A stretch of DNA of 64,000 nt from an uncultured bacterium. Lineage in GTDB: Bacteria > Oederibacteriota > JAAXVQ01 > JAUVAV01. Shown in pieces: positions 28,563-38,898 of this stretch (positions within the stretch are counted from its first letter, which is position 1; the number at the start of each line of letters is the position of its first letter). The notes under the pieces were generated by a model. The model searched no databases, had not been told where the DNA came from, and was given only the letters and a program-made list of their open reading frames with translations. Position numbers and translations under genes: made by a program. The stretch is taken from NCBI GenBank assembly GCA_963710755.1, contig CAVQBK010000013.1, forward strand, positions 288,001-352,000. Direction: 5' to 3'.

Positions 28563-29167
28563 AGTTCGCGTCTGCCATCCAAGGCCTGACCGATGGTCAC
28601 ATCATCGGCATATTCCAAGTTGCCCCCGGCTGGCAATCCGCTGGCCAGGCGGGTCACTTTGATGCCCAGGGGTTTAATCAGCCGGCTTAAGTAAATAGCA
28701 GTTGCTTCCCCTTCCACATCCGGGTTGGTAGCCACCACCACTTCCTGAATAGTGCCTTCTTGCAGGCGCCGCAATAGTTCCTTGATTTTCAATTCTTCGG
28801 GACCAATGCCTTCCAGGGGCGATAATGTACCCATCAGTACATGGTACCGGCCGCGAAACAGGTTGGTTCTTTCCAGGGAAAAAACATCATTGGGTTCTTC
28901 CACGACGCACAGGATACCAGCATCCCGCCGCGGATCCTGGCAAATGGTACAAAGCGTCTCCTCGGAAAGAGAAAAACAGCGTTCGCAATATTTTATTTTG
29001 TCCTTGGCTTCGAGAAGACTGTCCGCCAGCTGTTCCACCTGGCGGCGGTCCTGCCGCAACAAATAAAAGGCCAGCCGTTGAGCCGATTTCGGGCCTATTC
29101 CCGGCATTTTACCCAGTTCGTTAATCATACGGGCCAAAGCCCCTGAGAATAAATCCATGTCGATCAT
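28559..29167 (-). CDS. recR: Recombination protein RecR
   Basis: [14 protein letters not shown]4 zinc finger, [18 protein letters not shown]. Confidence 0.97.
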   Translation of the reverse strand: MIDMDLFSGALARMINELGKMPGIGPKSAQRLAFYLLRQDRRQVEQLADSLLEAKDKIKYCERCFSLSEETLCTICQDPRRDAGILCVVEEPNDVFSLERTNLFRGRYHVLMGTLSPLEGIGPEELKIKELLRRLQEGTIQEVVVATNPDVEGEATAIYLSRLIKPLGIKVTRLASGLPAGGNLEYADDVTIGQALDGRREL

Positions 29168-29475
29168 CCAAAAGGATTCATGCCGCCAAGTCCGCCCGTA
29201 ATTTTGCTCATCTGGGAAGCCGCTGTTTTCTGAGCTCGCCGGAGAGCATCTTCAATGGCTTCTTTGACCAGCTTTTCCAGCTGCGCTTTGTCGGGTTTTT
29301 CCAGCATTTTTTGGTCGATGCTGACGTTCTTCACATCCATAGCGGCGTTCATTTCAATGATAACTGCCTCGCGGCCGCCTTTGCCAATCACGGTTTGTGC
29401 GGCCAGGGCCGCCTTGGCCTGTTTCATCTGGCCCTGCATGTCCTTTAATTTTTTTGCCATATTAAACATATTCAT
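29164..29475 (-). CDS. ybaB: YbaB/EbfC nucleoid-associated protein
   Basis: 103 aa, Met/Gln-rich N-terminus, canonical position between dnaX and recR. Confidence 0.9.
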   Translation of the reverse strand: MNMFNMAKKLKDMQGQMKQAKAALAAQTVIGKGGREAVIIEMNAAMDVKNVSIDQKMLEKPDKAQLEKLVKEAIEDALRRAQKTAASQMSKITGGLGGMNPFG

Positions 29476-29540
29476 CTTGCGCTTTGCCTCCTGATCATTT
29501 TACCTCCCCCCTGGTCCAACGCCTGTTGTCAGTCCAGAGT

Positions 29541-29725
29541 GGGTCTGTTTCGTTTCTGTAGTCCTAAAGCCATTGGGGTTGCAAAACCTTCAGGTTGTTG
29601 TCCCTTAGCATAAAAACATCCATAGGGTACAGGTATCCCGCATACGCCGGACAAGCAACCTGTAGCCTGCAAGGCCTATGGCAACCCAACCAAGTTGCGA
29701 CCAAGGCTCTTTCCGCAACAAGACC
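29541..29725. mobile_element. MITE-like element, copy 3 (inverted; left boundary uncertain)
   Basis: Right end CTTTCCGCAACAAGACC overlaps the dnaX TAG; hairpin 29622-29670 is the reverse complement of the core in copies 1 and 2. Confidence 0.65.
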
Positions 29726-31461
29726 TATTTATGCTGAATCACATCCACGATTTTGCCGCCGAATAATTCCAGCGTTTTTTGCACCAGCGGTTCCTTGCCG
29801 GCAATCTCCTCAAATTCTTTCTCCCGTTGCGCTTGCTCGTCAACCCCTGAGCCGGCCTGGCCGGAGCCCTGCTCACCTACGCTGAGTCTAAGCCGCGTAG
29901 GCCGCTGCAAGTACTTTTCCAGGACCGCTTCGATAATTTTTTTGGAGTCTTCTTTATCCAAGCCGGTTTTATGATATTCCGACGCGCAGGCCAACTCCAC
30001 CCAACCTTCTTCTGCATGGGCTACCGTCACATCCCTTAACAAGGCCTGAGTCCTGCGATTCTCCTGCCCGACTGCCTCCAAGATGTCCGGCCAAGTCTGT
30101 TTTACCACATCCACATAACTTTCCGGTTCCGCTTCTTCCAGCATGTCCGCCACCAGTGCCGGCTGTCCGGGCTCTTCCTGGGGCGAAGCTGCAGGATTTG
30201 AAAGGACGGGATCAACAGGACCTTTTTTTTCCGCTGCCGGTACAACGGCCGCGCTTGGGGATTGGGCCGAAGTTTGACCACTGGCGCTGGGCAGGGCGAT
30301 GTCGGGCATGGCCATTAGTTGTTTTTCCAAGGTGGTAATTTGAGTCCAGACCGATTCCAAAGAAACGACCCGCTGAGCCTGGCAGGCTTGGATCAAAAAT
30401 AATTCCAGCAGCACCCGTGGGTGCTGGCTGCGGCGAAGCTCATCATCAGTGGCAGCAGCCAACTTGGACAAAGCGGTCAGCTCTTCCAGGCCAAACAAGG
30501 CGCTCTGGCGTTGTATGGCTTCCATGACCGCAGCGGTCTGACTCAACATTTCCCGGGCCCGATCTCCCAGGACTTTATGCATTACCAGCGTCCGCCAATA
30601 TTCCACCCAATCCTTCATGAACAGGCGCAGATCAGCTCCCTGATTGGACAGCTGTTCAATGACTTCCAGAGCGTGATCAGGCTGATGTTTGCTGATGGCC
30701 TCTACCAGGTCCACAAAGACCTGCGTATCCACCAGGCCCAGCACCGCCACGACGTCCTGCGGGGTCACCTCCTGCCCGCTGAAACTGATGATCTGATCCA
30801 GCAGGCTTTGGGCATCGCGCAGACTGCCGTCAGCGCCGCGGGCAATAATATGCAGGGCTTCTTCATCGACCTTGATACTTTCCCGGGCTGCCATCAGAGC
30901 CAACCGTTCCGTAATCTGCTTGACCGGAATGCGGCGAAAATCAAACCGCTGGCAGCGGCTGACAATGGTGGCCGGTACTTTATGGGACTCGGTGGTGGCC
31001 AAAATAAAAATACTGTGAGCCGGCGGTTCTTCCAGGGTTTTAAGCAGAGCGTTAAAGGCGGCGTTGCTCATCATGTGTACTTCATCAATAATCATGACCT
31101 TATACCTGCAGGAAAGCGGCGCATAGCGTACTTTTTCCCGTAATTCCCGCGCATCATCCACCAAGCCGTTGGAGGCGGCATCGATCTCGATCACATCGGT
31201 GGTGGCACCACTGACGATTTCCTCGCAACGCACGCAATGATTGCACGGTTCACCATCCACCGGAGACAGACAATTAACAGCTTTGGCCAACAGCCGCGCT
31301 GTGGTGGTTTTCCCCACCCCCCGGGGGCCGGTGAATAAATAAGCATGGGAAATCCGGTTGGCCTGGAGCGCGTTTTTCAAGGTGCGTACAATATGTTCCT
31401 GGCCTACCATATCCTCAAAATTTTGCGGCCGCCACTTCCGGGCCATGACTACATATGACAT
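29725..31461 (-). CDS. dnaX: DNA polymerase III subunit gamma/tau
   Basis: ARKWRPQNF, GPRGVGKTT, EIDAASN, IIDEVHM, NALLKTLEEPP, SRCQRFDF. Confidence 0.98.
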   Translation of the reverse strand: MSYVVMARKWRPQNFEDMVGQEHIVRTLKNALQANRISHAYLFTGPRGVGKTTTARLLAKAVNCLSPVDGEPCNHCVRCEEIVSGATTDVIEIDAASNGLVDDARELREKVRYAPLSCRYKVMIIDEVHMMSNAAFNALLKTLEEPPAHSIFILATTESHKVPATIVSRCQRFDFRRIPVKQITERLALMAARESIKVDEEALHIIARGADGSLRDAQSLLDQIISFSGQEVTPQDVVAVLGLVDTQVFVDLVEAISKHQPDHALEVIEQLSNQGADLRLFMKDWVEYWRTLVMHKVLGDRAREMLSQTAAVMEAIQRQSALFGLEELTALSKLAAATDDELRRSQHPRVLLELFLIQACQAQRVVSLESVWTQITTLEKQLMAMPDIALPSASGQTSAQSPSAAVVPAAEKKGPVDPVLSNPAASPQEEPGQPALVADMLEEAEPESYVDVVKQTWPDILEAVGQENRRTQALLRDVTVAHAEEGWVELACASEYHKTGLDKEDSKKIIEAVLEKYLQRPTRLRLSVGEQGSGQAGSGVDEQAQREKEFEEIAGKEPLVQKTLELFGGKIVDVIQHK

Positions 31462-31825
31462 CGATACTACCCCTTTGGTCCCTTTTTCTGCAGCCTATGA
31501 ATGGCTGTTCCCATCCCTGAAAGCAGACAGGGGCACTATTCTACTATGCTGATCCTGGCTTCGTCAACCTGTAGCCTGTGCTGTATTTGGCCGGGCCGTA
31601 TTATTCTATGTTTCCAGAAACTGCGTTTTTTATGTATATAAAGCACTTAATCTCCAACCCTTGTGGAGGTGGGCGCAACATCCGTGCCCCTACAATTAAA
31701 GAAGACCACTGAAAGGACATCCCATATTCAATTCTTTAACTTTGCAACCTTTGCAGCTGTTTGTGCCGAGCAGGGGTAGGCCTGAGAAATGGTATTTATT
31801 TCCGTCGGACCGGAAAGGTAAGAAA

Positions 31826-32959
31826 TTATTTTTTAACCTTAAGGACATGCTCATAAACCTTGATGGTTTGGTGAGCCGCTGTCTCCCAGGAAAATTTTTT
31901 AGCCTGTAAATAGCCGGCAATTGCCAAGCGGTGGGCTTCATTGGGGTCGACCAGAACGTCCAGCAAGCCCGCGGCTATGCTTTGGGGATCGTCGGGATCG
32001 GCATAGCGCACGGCATCACTGGCCACTTCCGGGATGGAACCAATTCGGGTAGTAATGACCGGCACCCCCAGGCTGAAGGCTTGTAAAAGAGGAAACCCAA
32101 ATCCTTCTGACTTGGAAGGATAAGCAAAGGCAGCGGCCGCCTGCATAACGGCACTTACGGTCTCTTCCGGCAGATAACCCAGGATATGGACCCGATCGTT
32201 GAGATTGAGCTGGTTGATCAAGTTGGGAATGATCGTTTCCTCAACCCGTTCAAAACCCAGCAGTACCAGCGATTCCGCAGCCGCCCGGGGCAGGCGGGCA
32301 AAAGCCCTCAATAAATTATCAATATTTTTACGGGCATCAAGCGCACCAAATGCCGCCACATAGGGTTTGGCTAATTTCAAGTCTTCCAGAATCCGTTTCA
32401 AGACCGATTCCGGCTGAGGATTGCTGATCACGGGCGGACCATTGGGGATCACGGTTATTTTACCCCTGGAAAGATTCAGCTTTTTATGCAGATCCACGGC
32501 TGACGCTTGGGAAACGGTAATGATTTGCCTGGCCTGTTTGGCAATTTTAGGAATGGTCCATTTATAATACCAGTGTCCTAAGAGCGGCCGGATTTTAAAA
32601 GCCGTAATGGCTTCCCTGAAAGGACGCATAAAGATGGCATCATGGATGGTCACAACCAAAGGTATCTTGCACTGCCGGGGAGCACTGTTGGCCACACAGT
32701 GCAATAAATCAGCGTGGGCCTGCAGGGCTAATTTCGGCAAAACTTTTTGTTCCCAAGTCGAGATATTGCCCGCTTCTCCCCAGACCCGTTGCAAACGGGC
32801 CAGATCCTTCCAGGGATCTTCACCAAACCGCTGGTCCAGGGCCACGATCAGTTCAAACGGCGCGGAGGCTGCCAGTAAAGCTTGCACTATTTTTTTAACA
32901 TAAATGCCCATACCCCGCGGCCGGTACTGCGCGGGGCGCCCGTCGATTAGAATACGCAT
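31826..32959 (-). CDS. Glycosyltransferase family 4
   Basis: VTIHD, RKNI, YPSKSEGFGFPLLQAF, FSWE. Confidence 0.92.
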   Translation of the reverse strand: MRILIDGRPAQYRPRGMGIYVKKIVQALLAASAPFELIVALDQRFGEDPWKDLARLQRVWGEAGNISTWEQKVLPKLALQAHADLLHCVANSAPRQCKIPLVVTIHDAIFMRPFREAITAFKIRPLLGHWYYKWTIPKIAKQARQIITVSQASAVDLHKKLNLSRGKITVIPNGPPVISNPQPESVLKRILEDLKLAKPYVAAFGALDARKNIDNLLRAFARLPRAAAESLVLLGFERVEETIIPNLINQLNLNDRVHILGYLPEETVSAVMQAAAAFAYPSKSEGFGFPLLQAFSLGVPVITTRIGSIPEVASDAVRYADPDDPQSIAAGLLDVLVDPNEAHRLAIAGYLQAKKFSWETAAHQTIKVYEHVLKVKK

Positions 32960-33005
32960 GGACCTGGTTTCCTCCTGAAGTCATTACCCGTTTCAGTCGA
33001 TCAAT

Positions 33006-34175
33006 TTACCACAGTTTTTTAAAAATTCTAATATGTTGTTTGGCAATCGTTTCCCATACGAATTGCCCGGCCAGAGCTTTGGCGCCCTGAGACAATTTTT
33101 GACCTAAGGGCCGGTCATGGATCAGACGCTCAATGGCGCTATTCAGAACCTGCCGGTCATGGGGCGGCACGAGAAGCATGTTAACTTCATGGCGAAACCA
33201 GGACTGCCGCTGCTCCTCCTCCCATGGTTCCGTCGTGATCACAGGCAGCCCTTGTTGTAGACAGGCCATCAGGGAGCTTCGCTTCAAAGAGACGCCGTCT
33301 TCAAAAGGCAGCACGGCCATGTCGGCGCTGGCCAACAAACCGGCAACTTCCCGGGCCGGCCGGTTGCTCACGATGATGGTTCGTTCAACCAGGCGTGTCT
33401 GCTCAAGCCGATTCAAAACTTTTTTCTGATAGGGCTGTTCCGGTTTCAGCTCGGTTACCAGCAACAGTTTAAACGGCAGATAAGTCAACCCGGCCAGGCT
33501 ATCCACCAAAGCGAGGAGACCTTTGGGGGCATTGGCCATACCGAAAAAAACAATGACTTTTTCCTGTGGGGCCAGGCCCCATTGCCTGCGGTAACGGCTG
33601 CGATCCCTGGCAGGCGCCACCGGGATGCTGGACCCAATGGGAATGGTGGCCATAGGCAACGTCCAGGTCAATGGATCGGGAACATAGGCCCGGTCCTGGG
33701 GATCAACCAAAATCAATTGGGATGCAGCCTGGTAAAGCCAATGAAGTCTGAGCCTGGTCCAGGGTTTAAAATAACGCAACTCATGTAAGGTGGCCACTAA
33801 CGGCAGTTCGGGAAAATTGTTTTTGATCGCCCGGGGCAAATAGTTGATCGCCAGGGACCGGCCATAAGCCGCCGTAGGCCATTGCATTAATACAATATCG
33901 GGAGACAAGATACGAAGTTGATCGATAATTAATTTAATACTTCCCCAACGCCACTGCGGCACCATGGGGAGCACTTCCACCGGCCCGGGTAGGGCTTGAG
34001 CCGCGGTGGACGTAAGGACGCTTACTGTTACCGCCTGCCCTGCCAGATGCTGGCTGAGCATGGCCGTATAATCGCCCACCCCGCAGCGCATGGGCGGAAA
34101 AGTACCGGAAATGATGGCCACTTTTTTCTGGTTGGCCTTGGTGCCCGTGGTGCGTGTCATAATCGTCGTAAGCAC
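33006..34175 (-). CDS. Glycosyltransferase family 4
   Basis: FPPMRCGVGDY, TLHE, FFG...KG, AVLPF, GLPVITT. Confidence 0.9.
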   Translation of the reverse strand: MLTTIMTRTTGTKANQKKVAIISGTFPPMRCGVGDYTAMLSQHLAGQAVTVSVLTSTAAQALPGPVEVLPMVPQWRWGSIKLIIDQLRILSPDIVLMQWPTAAYGRSLAINYLPRAIKNNFPELPLVATLHELRYFKPWTRLRLHWLYQAASQLILVDPQDRAYVPDPLTWTLPMATIPIGSSIPVAPARDRSRYRRQWGLAPQEKVIVFFGMANAPKGLLALVDSLAGLTYLPFKLLLVTELKPEQPYQKKVLNRLEQTRLVERTIIVSNRPAREVAGLLASADMAVLPFEDGVSLKRSSLMACLQQGLPVITTEPWEEEQRQSWFRHEVNMLLVPPHDRQVLNSAIERLIHDRPLGQKLSQGAKALAGQFVWETIAKQHIRIFKKLW

Positions 34176-34234
34176 TCCTTATATATTGCCTGAAATAAAA
34201 AGGCCATCGCTATCATTTTATTATCGGCAAGCGC

Positions 34235-35365
34235 TCAGAATTTACCCAGCACTTGCCGGTAAATACCCAAATGTTCCTGCGCTAAAACACCCCAGTGGTG
34301 GCGCTCTACCCATTGGCCCACAGCATCCTGCAATTGCAGCCGCCGCTCCGGTCGGCTCAGTAATTCCTGCATAGCCTGGTGCAAGGCCTGGGCATGACCG
34401 CTTTTAAAAACCGCCAAACAAGGTAACTCGCGGTTAATAGCGGTAAAGTTATCCAGGTTGGAGGTTACACAAGCTTTACGATGACTCATGGCCAAAGACA
34501 AGGCATAAGAAGAAGTGCCGGCTGTATAGGGAAATAAACAAAGTTCCGCCTGGGCAATGAGCGCATGCAGCTGGTCCGCCTGCAGGTATCCCATAAGCAC
34601 GCAACGGTTGCCTAAGGCTTTGGCGCGCTGTGCCACTTGCCGGGCATACGCCAATTCGGAAGGATGATTTCCCGCGGCGCCGGCGATAACCAAGACCACA
34701 TTTTCCGGCAAGCCCGCCATGGCCTCGATGGCCAACAGATGCCCTTTGGAAGGCATTAAAAATCCATACTGTACCACCAGGCGTTTATTGGCCCACCCCG
34801 GGCCGGTTAATAAAGCGGATTCTTTTTGTACCGGAGGAGCCAGCTCCACGCCTTGAGGATAGTAGTGCACCTGTTTTTCATTTAACCCATGAGTTTGTAA
34901 ATAAGTTTTAAATCCAGGATGGTGAACAATCACCGCCCCGGCTGTTCTGAATTGTCCCCATTTTAAATAAGCCGCCCAACCCAAAACAGCCCAAATTTGG
35001 TCTTTGATCGCCCGTGCCTTTTTTTTCCACCAAGGCCCGCCCCTAAAAGGCTGCCACCAGGTATGGGCGGTAATGACCAGAGGTTTCTGCAAGCGCGAAC
35101 GAAAAGTCCACCACTGGGACTGGCCTAAACTCAGGCCGCCAAAAAAAGCATATTCATGCTGCACGTGCACCACGTCAGCTTCATTGGCCGCTTCGGCCAG
35201 GGCTTTATAATAGGCCCTCTGCGGTGTATTTCTTTTCAAGGCCACAATCTTGATGTCCACTTGTTTTTCCAGTTCATGCACCAAGGCATGAGCATAGTCA
35301 GCAATGCCACCAGGTTCATCCCAAGTGGTTACCATAGCTACCGTGAAGGTTGAAGAGGTGCTCAT
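34235..35365 (-). CDS. Glycosyltransferase family 4
   Basis: GGIADY, HVQHEY, YGFLMPSKG, LFPY...SYAL. Confidence 0.9.
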   Translation of the reverse strand: MSTSSTFTVAMVTTWDEPGGIADYAHALVHELEKQVDIKIVALKRNTPQRAYYKALAEAANEADVVHVQHEYAFFGGLSLGQSQWWTFRSRLQKPLVITAHTWWQPFRGGPWWKKKARAIKDQIWAVLGWAAYLKWGQFRTAGAVIVHHPGFKTYLQTHGLNEKQVHYYPQGVELAPPVQKESALLTGPGWANKRLVVQYGFLMPSKGHLLAIEAMAGLPENVVLVIAGAAGNHPSELAYARQVAQRAKALGNRCVLMGYLQADQLHALIAQAELCLFPYTAGTSSYALSLAMSHRKACVTSNLDNFTAINRELPCLAVFKSGHAQALHQAMQELLSRPERRLQLQDAVGQWVERHHWGVLAQEHLGIYRQVLGKF

Positions 35366-36297
35366 GGCCGGCTCCGTTTACCCCAAGAGCTAAGCGCCAG
35401 GGTAAGCATAAAGCCATAGTGCCCAAAACCCCTGCGCGGTTTAAAGATTATCAAGCAAATAAGTAAGCCGATCATCCCGGCCAACGCCATAAAAAGACGA
35501 TAGCATCCTTGCTGCCACCAGGAAAAATGCTTCCGGCAATAGAGGCTTTGACTGGTAAAAAAGATCTGGTCGCTGGCGGTTTTTATTTGAGCCATGCTAT
35601 GCCCCCATTGATGCACGACTTTGGCGTCAGGCCAATAAAGCACACGCCCGCCCTTTTGAGCCAGCCGTTGAAACCAATCGGTTTCCTCAAAATAGAGAAA
35701 AAAGCGCTCATCCAACACCCCATTCTGCTGAAAGGCTGCGGCGCGGGCCAGAAAACAAGCTCCTGACACTTCGGCCACCACAGCACTTCGAGTAAAATCA
35801 GTGCGGCCAAAAATCCGTTTTATCATCCAGCTTGAGTTTTTCCATGCCCTCGGCAGACCATGCTCAGCCACCATACCGGCCAAACTGGGTAACCGCCGGC
35901 CCGAAGGTTGAAGGGTGCCATTGTCATGAAGCAGTTGCGGGCCCACCACATCAATATCAGCGTGCCTATCCAAAGCCTTCGCCATTTCCTGAAGGGCATT
36001 CTCCTGAAGCCAGGCATCGGGATTGAGCAGCAGGATATAATCACCTTCACTTTGGGCGAGCCCTTGATTGACCGCAGCAGCGAAACCCCGGTTTCGGCTG
36101 TTTTTAATCAGCGTCAACGGCAAAGGTTGAGCTTCGATTTTTTTGATTGTGTTATCAGAAGAATGGTTATCCACCACAATGATTTTTCTAACCAGGCCTT
36201 TTTGAGTCAGCCCGATGCTTTCCAGACAGGATCCGACAGTCTGCTCATTGTTCCACGTAACAATGATGATGGTCATACTCTTTTGGTTATCGTTCAT
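35362..36297 (-). CDS. Glycosyltransferase family 2 (WbbL-like rhamnosyltransferase pattern)
   Basis: IIIVTWN, VVDNHSSD, NRGFAAAVNQG, LLNPD, VSGAC, FLYFEETD; ATG 36297 overlaps the reconstructed upstream stop. Confidence 0.9.
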   Translation of the reverse strand: MNDNQKSMTIIIVTWNNEQTVGSCLESIGLTQKGLVRKIIVVDNHSSDNTIKKIEAQPLPLTLIKNSRNRGFAAAVNQGLAQSEGDYILLLNPDAWLQENALQEMAKALDRHADIDVVGPQLLHDNGTLQPSGRRLPSLAGMVAEHGLPRAWKNSSWMIKRIFGRTDFTRSAVVAEVSGACFLARAAAFQQNGVLDERFFLYFEETDWFQRLAQKGGRVLYWPDAKVVHQWGHSMAQIKTASDQIFFTSQSLYCRKHFSWWQQGCYRLFMALAGMIGLLICLIIFKPRRGFGHYGFMLTLALSSWGKRSRP

Positions 36298-37320
36298 CGT
36301 TTGGAATGAAACTCCCATGTTCTTAGTCCGGTCAGCCAACACCAGGCCAGCGCCAGGTGGTTAAGCCAGCGTCCGGCCCAACCTGAATAATTGGTGATCC
36401 TGCCGGACATCCAGCGGATTATTTCTTCGTCAGGTACTTTTCGCCAAGCTTGCACTGCGGCCCGCTTTTTGCCGAATCAACTCCCGATGACCGTGAGCCA
36501 GGATCGGGCTTGCCGAGTCGGTGCCGGGGAGCGATGCTTCAGCCGGTCCGTCCATGCTTCCGCCCCAGCCGTGAGCAGCAGCAATGGCACAGTTTGCGCC
36601 GGTAGGAAGAGAATAAAAAGTAAGTCGGTTTAATCGCCGGTTGCGCTCCATAAAATAGCGATTCCGCTCTCCTCTGGTTTTGAGCGTGGCTTCCCCCAGA
36701 TGCAACACCGTCACTTCCGGCACCCGTTGTACACCAAGCCCCATCAATCTGGCCTTCCACGACAGAAATACATCTTCATGGAAAAACTGGTAATCCGCGT
36801 CAAAGGGCAAGCCCAGACGGCTGCGGTCAAAAAGCACGGCACAGCCGCTGATGCCAAAAGCCAGGGTAGGATCACGGAAGACGTTCTGGATCATGGCCCC
36901 TGTCAAACTCATGGTGCCGTTTCGCGGATAGCGGTCCATATCCATGTTAAGATTTTTAATAGCCGGTCCCAGCACAGCGATGTCGGGATTTTCCAATGCT
37001 TTCCTGATCAGGACCGTCACTGTGGATGGCGGCAATTGAATATCATTATTCAGTAATAAAATCCAGTCATACTGTGCTTTGGCCACAGCGGCATTGTTGG
37101 CACCGGCATAGCCTTTGTTTTCCGGCAAGACGATCAGTTTAATTTGCGGGTAGTGTTGCGTGATCTTTTCTGCCGACTCATCGGTGGAAGCGTCATCAAC
37201 CACCATAATCTCCAGGGGGGTATAGGTCTGATGCACCACCGTGGGCAGCGCCTGCTCTAACAGGGCCCAGCCATTGTAATTGGAAAGGATCACCGATACC
37301 CCCGGTGCGCTTGTGGTCAT
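36294..37320 (-). CDS. Glycosyltransferase family 2 with frameshifted 3' end
   Basis: VVDDASTD, NKGYAGANN, LLLNND, FHEDV; after ~36600 the plausible frame shifts and ends at TGA 36294-36296, overlapping the next ATG. Confidence 0.8.
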
Positions 37321-37339
37321 GAATCCCCCGGCCTCCCGC

Positions 37340-38798
37340 TTATTCCGTCACTTTCATTTTGCCCTGGGAATTGGGTTTGATGATACGGCCAAACAATTCC
37401 CGGTCAATCTCGTCAAACCCGCCCAGGAGTAAAGGCCCACACTGTACACCAGGGCTCCCAAAACAATTTGAAATCCTAAATCCCAGGTCTTTATAAAATA
37501 CAGCACAGTGACCATCACCAATCCCGCCAAGGCAGGCTTCACGAAATAACGAAGTAGTTTTAAATTCAAGGCCAATGGTTTGGCCAACACCACAACATAC
37601 AAGATAATGTTGATGATCTCAGACGCCAATGTAACCCAGGCGGCGCCCAAAGCACCGTAAGTGGGTATGAAAATGGCATTAAGCCCAAGGTTGAACAGCA
37701 TCATCACCAAAGTAAAGACCGTCACCACCCTTTGCTTTTCCATGACAATCAAATAAGGGACGCTCACGGCATTGAGCGCAATGATCAAGAGAGACCACAT
37801 CAGCACGGATAAGAGTTGCACACTTTGAACATAAGCCAGTCCATAAAGCACGCGGATTAATTTCGGCCCCAGCATGGTTACCCCCAGAGCCATGGGCAAA
37901 GCCATAATCCACATATACTTGAGGGACCGTCGGTAGATAAGCAAAAACCGCTGGGTATTGGCTTTAAAGCTGGAAGCAATGACCGGAAAAATAGCCCCGC
38001 CGTAATAAGCCGGAAAGATAAGCGTGAATTCCAGTAAACGATAAGCAGCGTTGTAAATGCCGACCGAGGTCTGGTTTTTCATCATGCCCAACATGACCGT
38101 ATCCACCCGGAAATAAACCACCGAGAAAAGATTGGCCAAGGCAAGGGGATAGGCTTTTTTTAACAATGATTTGGAAAAAGCCCAATCCAAAGAAAAAGAC
38201 GGACGGATAAATTGGCGCAGGGTAAAAAAGATAATTACAAATTGCAGCGCCGAAATAGCCGAATGGATCCAAATCAAAATATCCACGCCCGCGCCACCAG
38301 CCAAAGCACCCAAAGACGTGGTAATGCGCAGCGTGGTGGCAATAACCGCGATGGTTGCAGGAATCTCCATGCGTTGGTGGGCGTTGAAGAGTGCGCTGCA
38401 GCTGTCCAATTGCTGTTGAAAAACAGGGACAAGGCCACAATGGCCGAGAGCTGCAGGATAAGCGGAGGCTGCCTCAGCGCCCAGACGGCACGGATAAGTC
38501 CTATAGCTGCGATGAGGAAAGACAAAAAACGCAAAATTAAGGTGTGCCCCAGATAAACCGACTCCCGGCTGCTGTCCTGGGCCACGTCCCGGGTGGTAAT
38601 GGTACCCAACCCAAAGTCAGTAACAATAAAAAAATAGCGTATAAGGAGAGTACGTAGGAATAAGTACCGAACCCATCGGGCCCAATTGCCGGGCCGCATA
38701 AATCACCAGCAATACGCCCAGCAGTTTGTTGATGATCCCGCGATTAGTTGGACCAGGGAATTTTTGGCGATTTTAGCCGTTGGATTAAGTTCTGCCAT
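37340..38798 (-). pseudogene. wzx: Wzx-type flippase interrupted by at least five single-base indels (probably sequencing errors)
   Basis: Reconstructed MAELNPTAKIAKNSLVQL..IINKLLG..YAARQLG.DGFGTYS..DFGLGTITTRDVA..; SVVYFRVDTVML, VGIYNAAYRL, IPTYGALGAAW. Confidence 0.85.
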
Positions 38799-38898
38799 GA
38801 TCATGGCCTCTTTCTCAACTGTGTCCAAAATAGCATTAACAAGCCTCTGCAATGGAGATCACTTTACTCGAAATCATACATTGGCGCAAGCAAGAGCG

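Noticed and set aside
29622-29670. Possible inversion of only the hairpin loop in MITE copy 3
   Set aside because: Its right end matches the left-end type (GCGGAAAG) of copies 1 and 2, so inversion of the whole element is the simpler explanation.
31669-31693. REP-like GTAGGGGCACGGATGTTGCGCCCAC on the minus strand
   Set aside because: Single degenerate copy with a weak stem and no RAYT gene; not enough to call.
31462-31825. SRP RNA or tRNA expected upstream of dnaX
   Set aside because: No CAGGTCCGGAAGGAAGCAG core or tRNA arms found on either strand.
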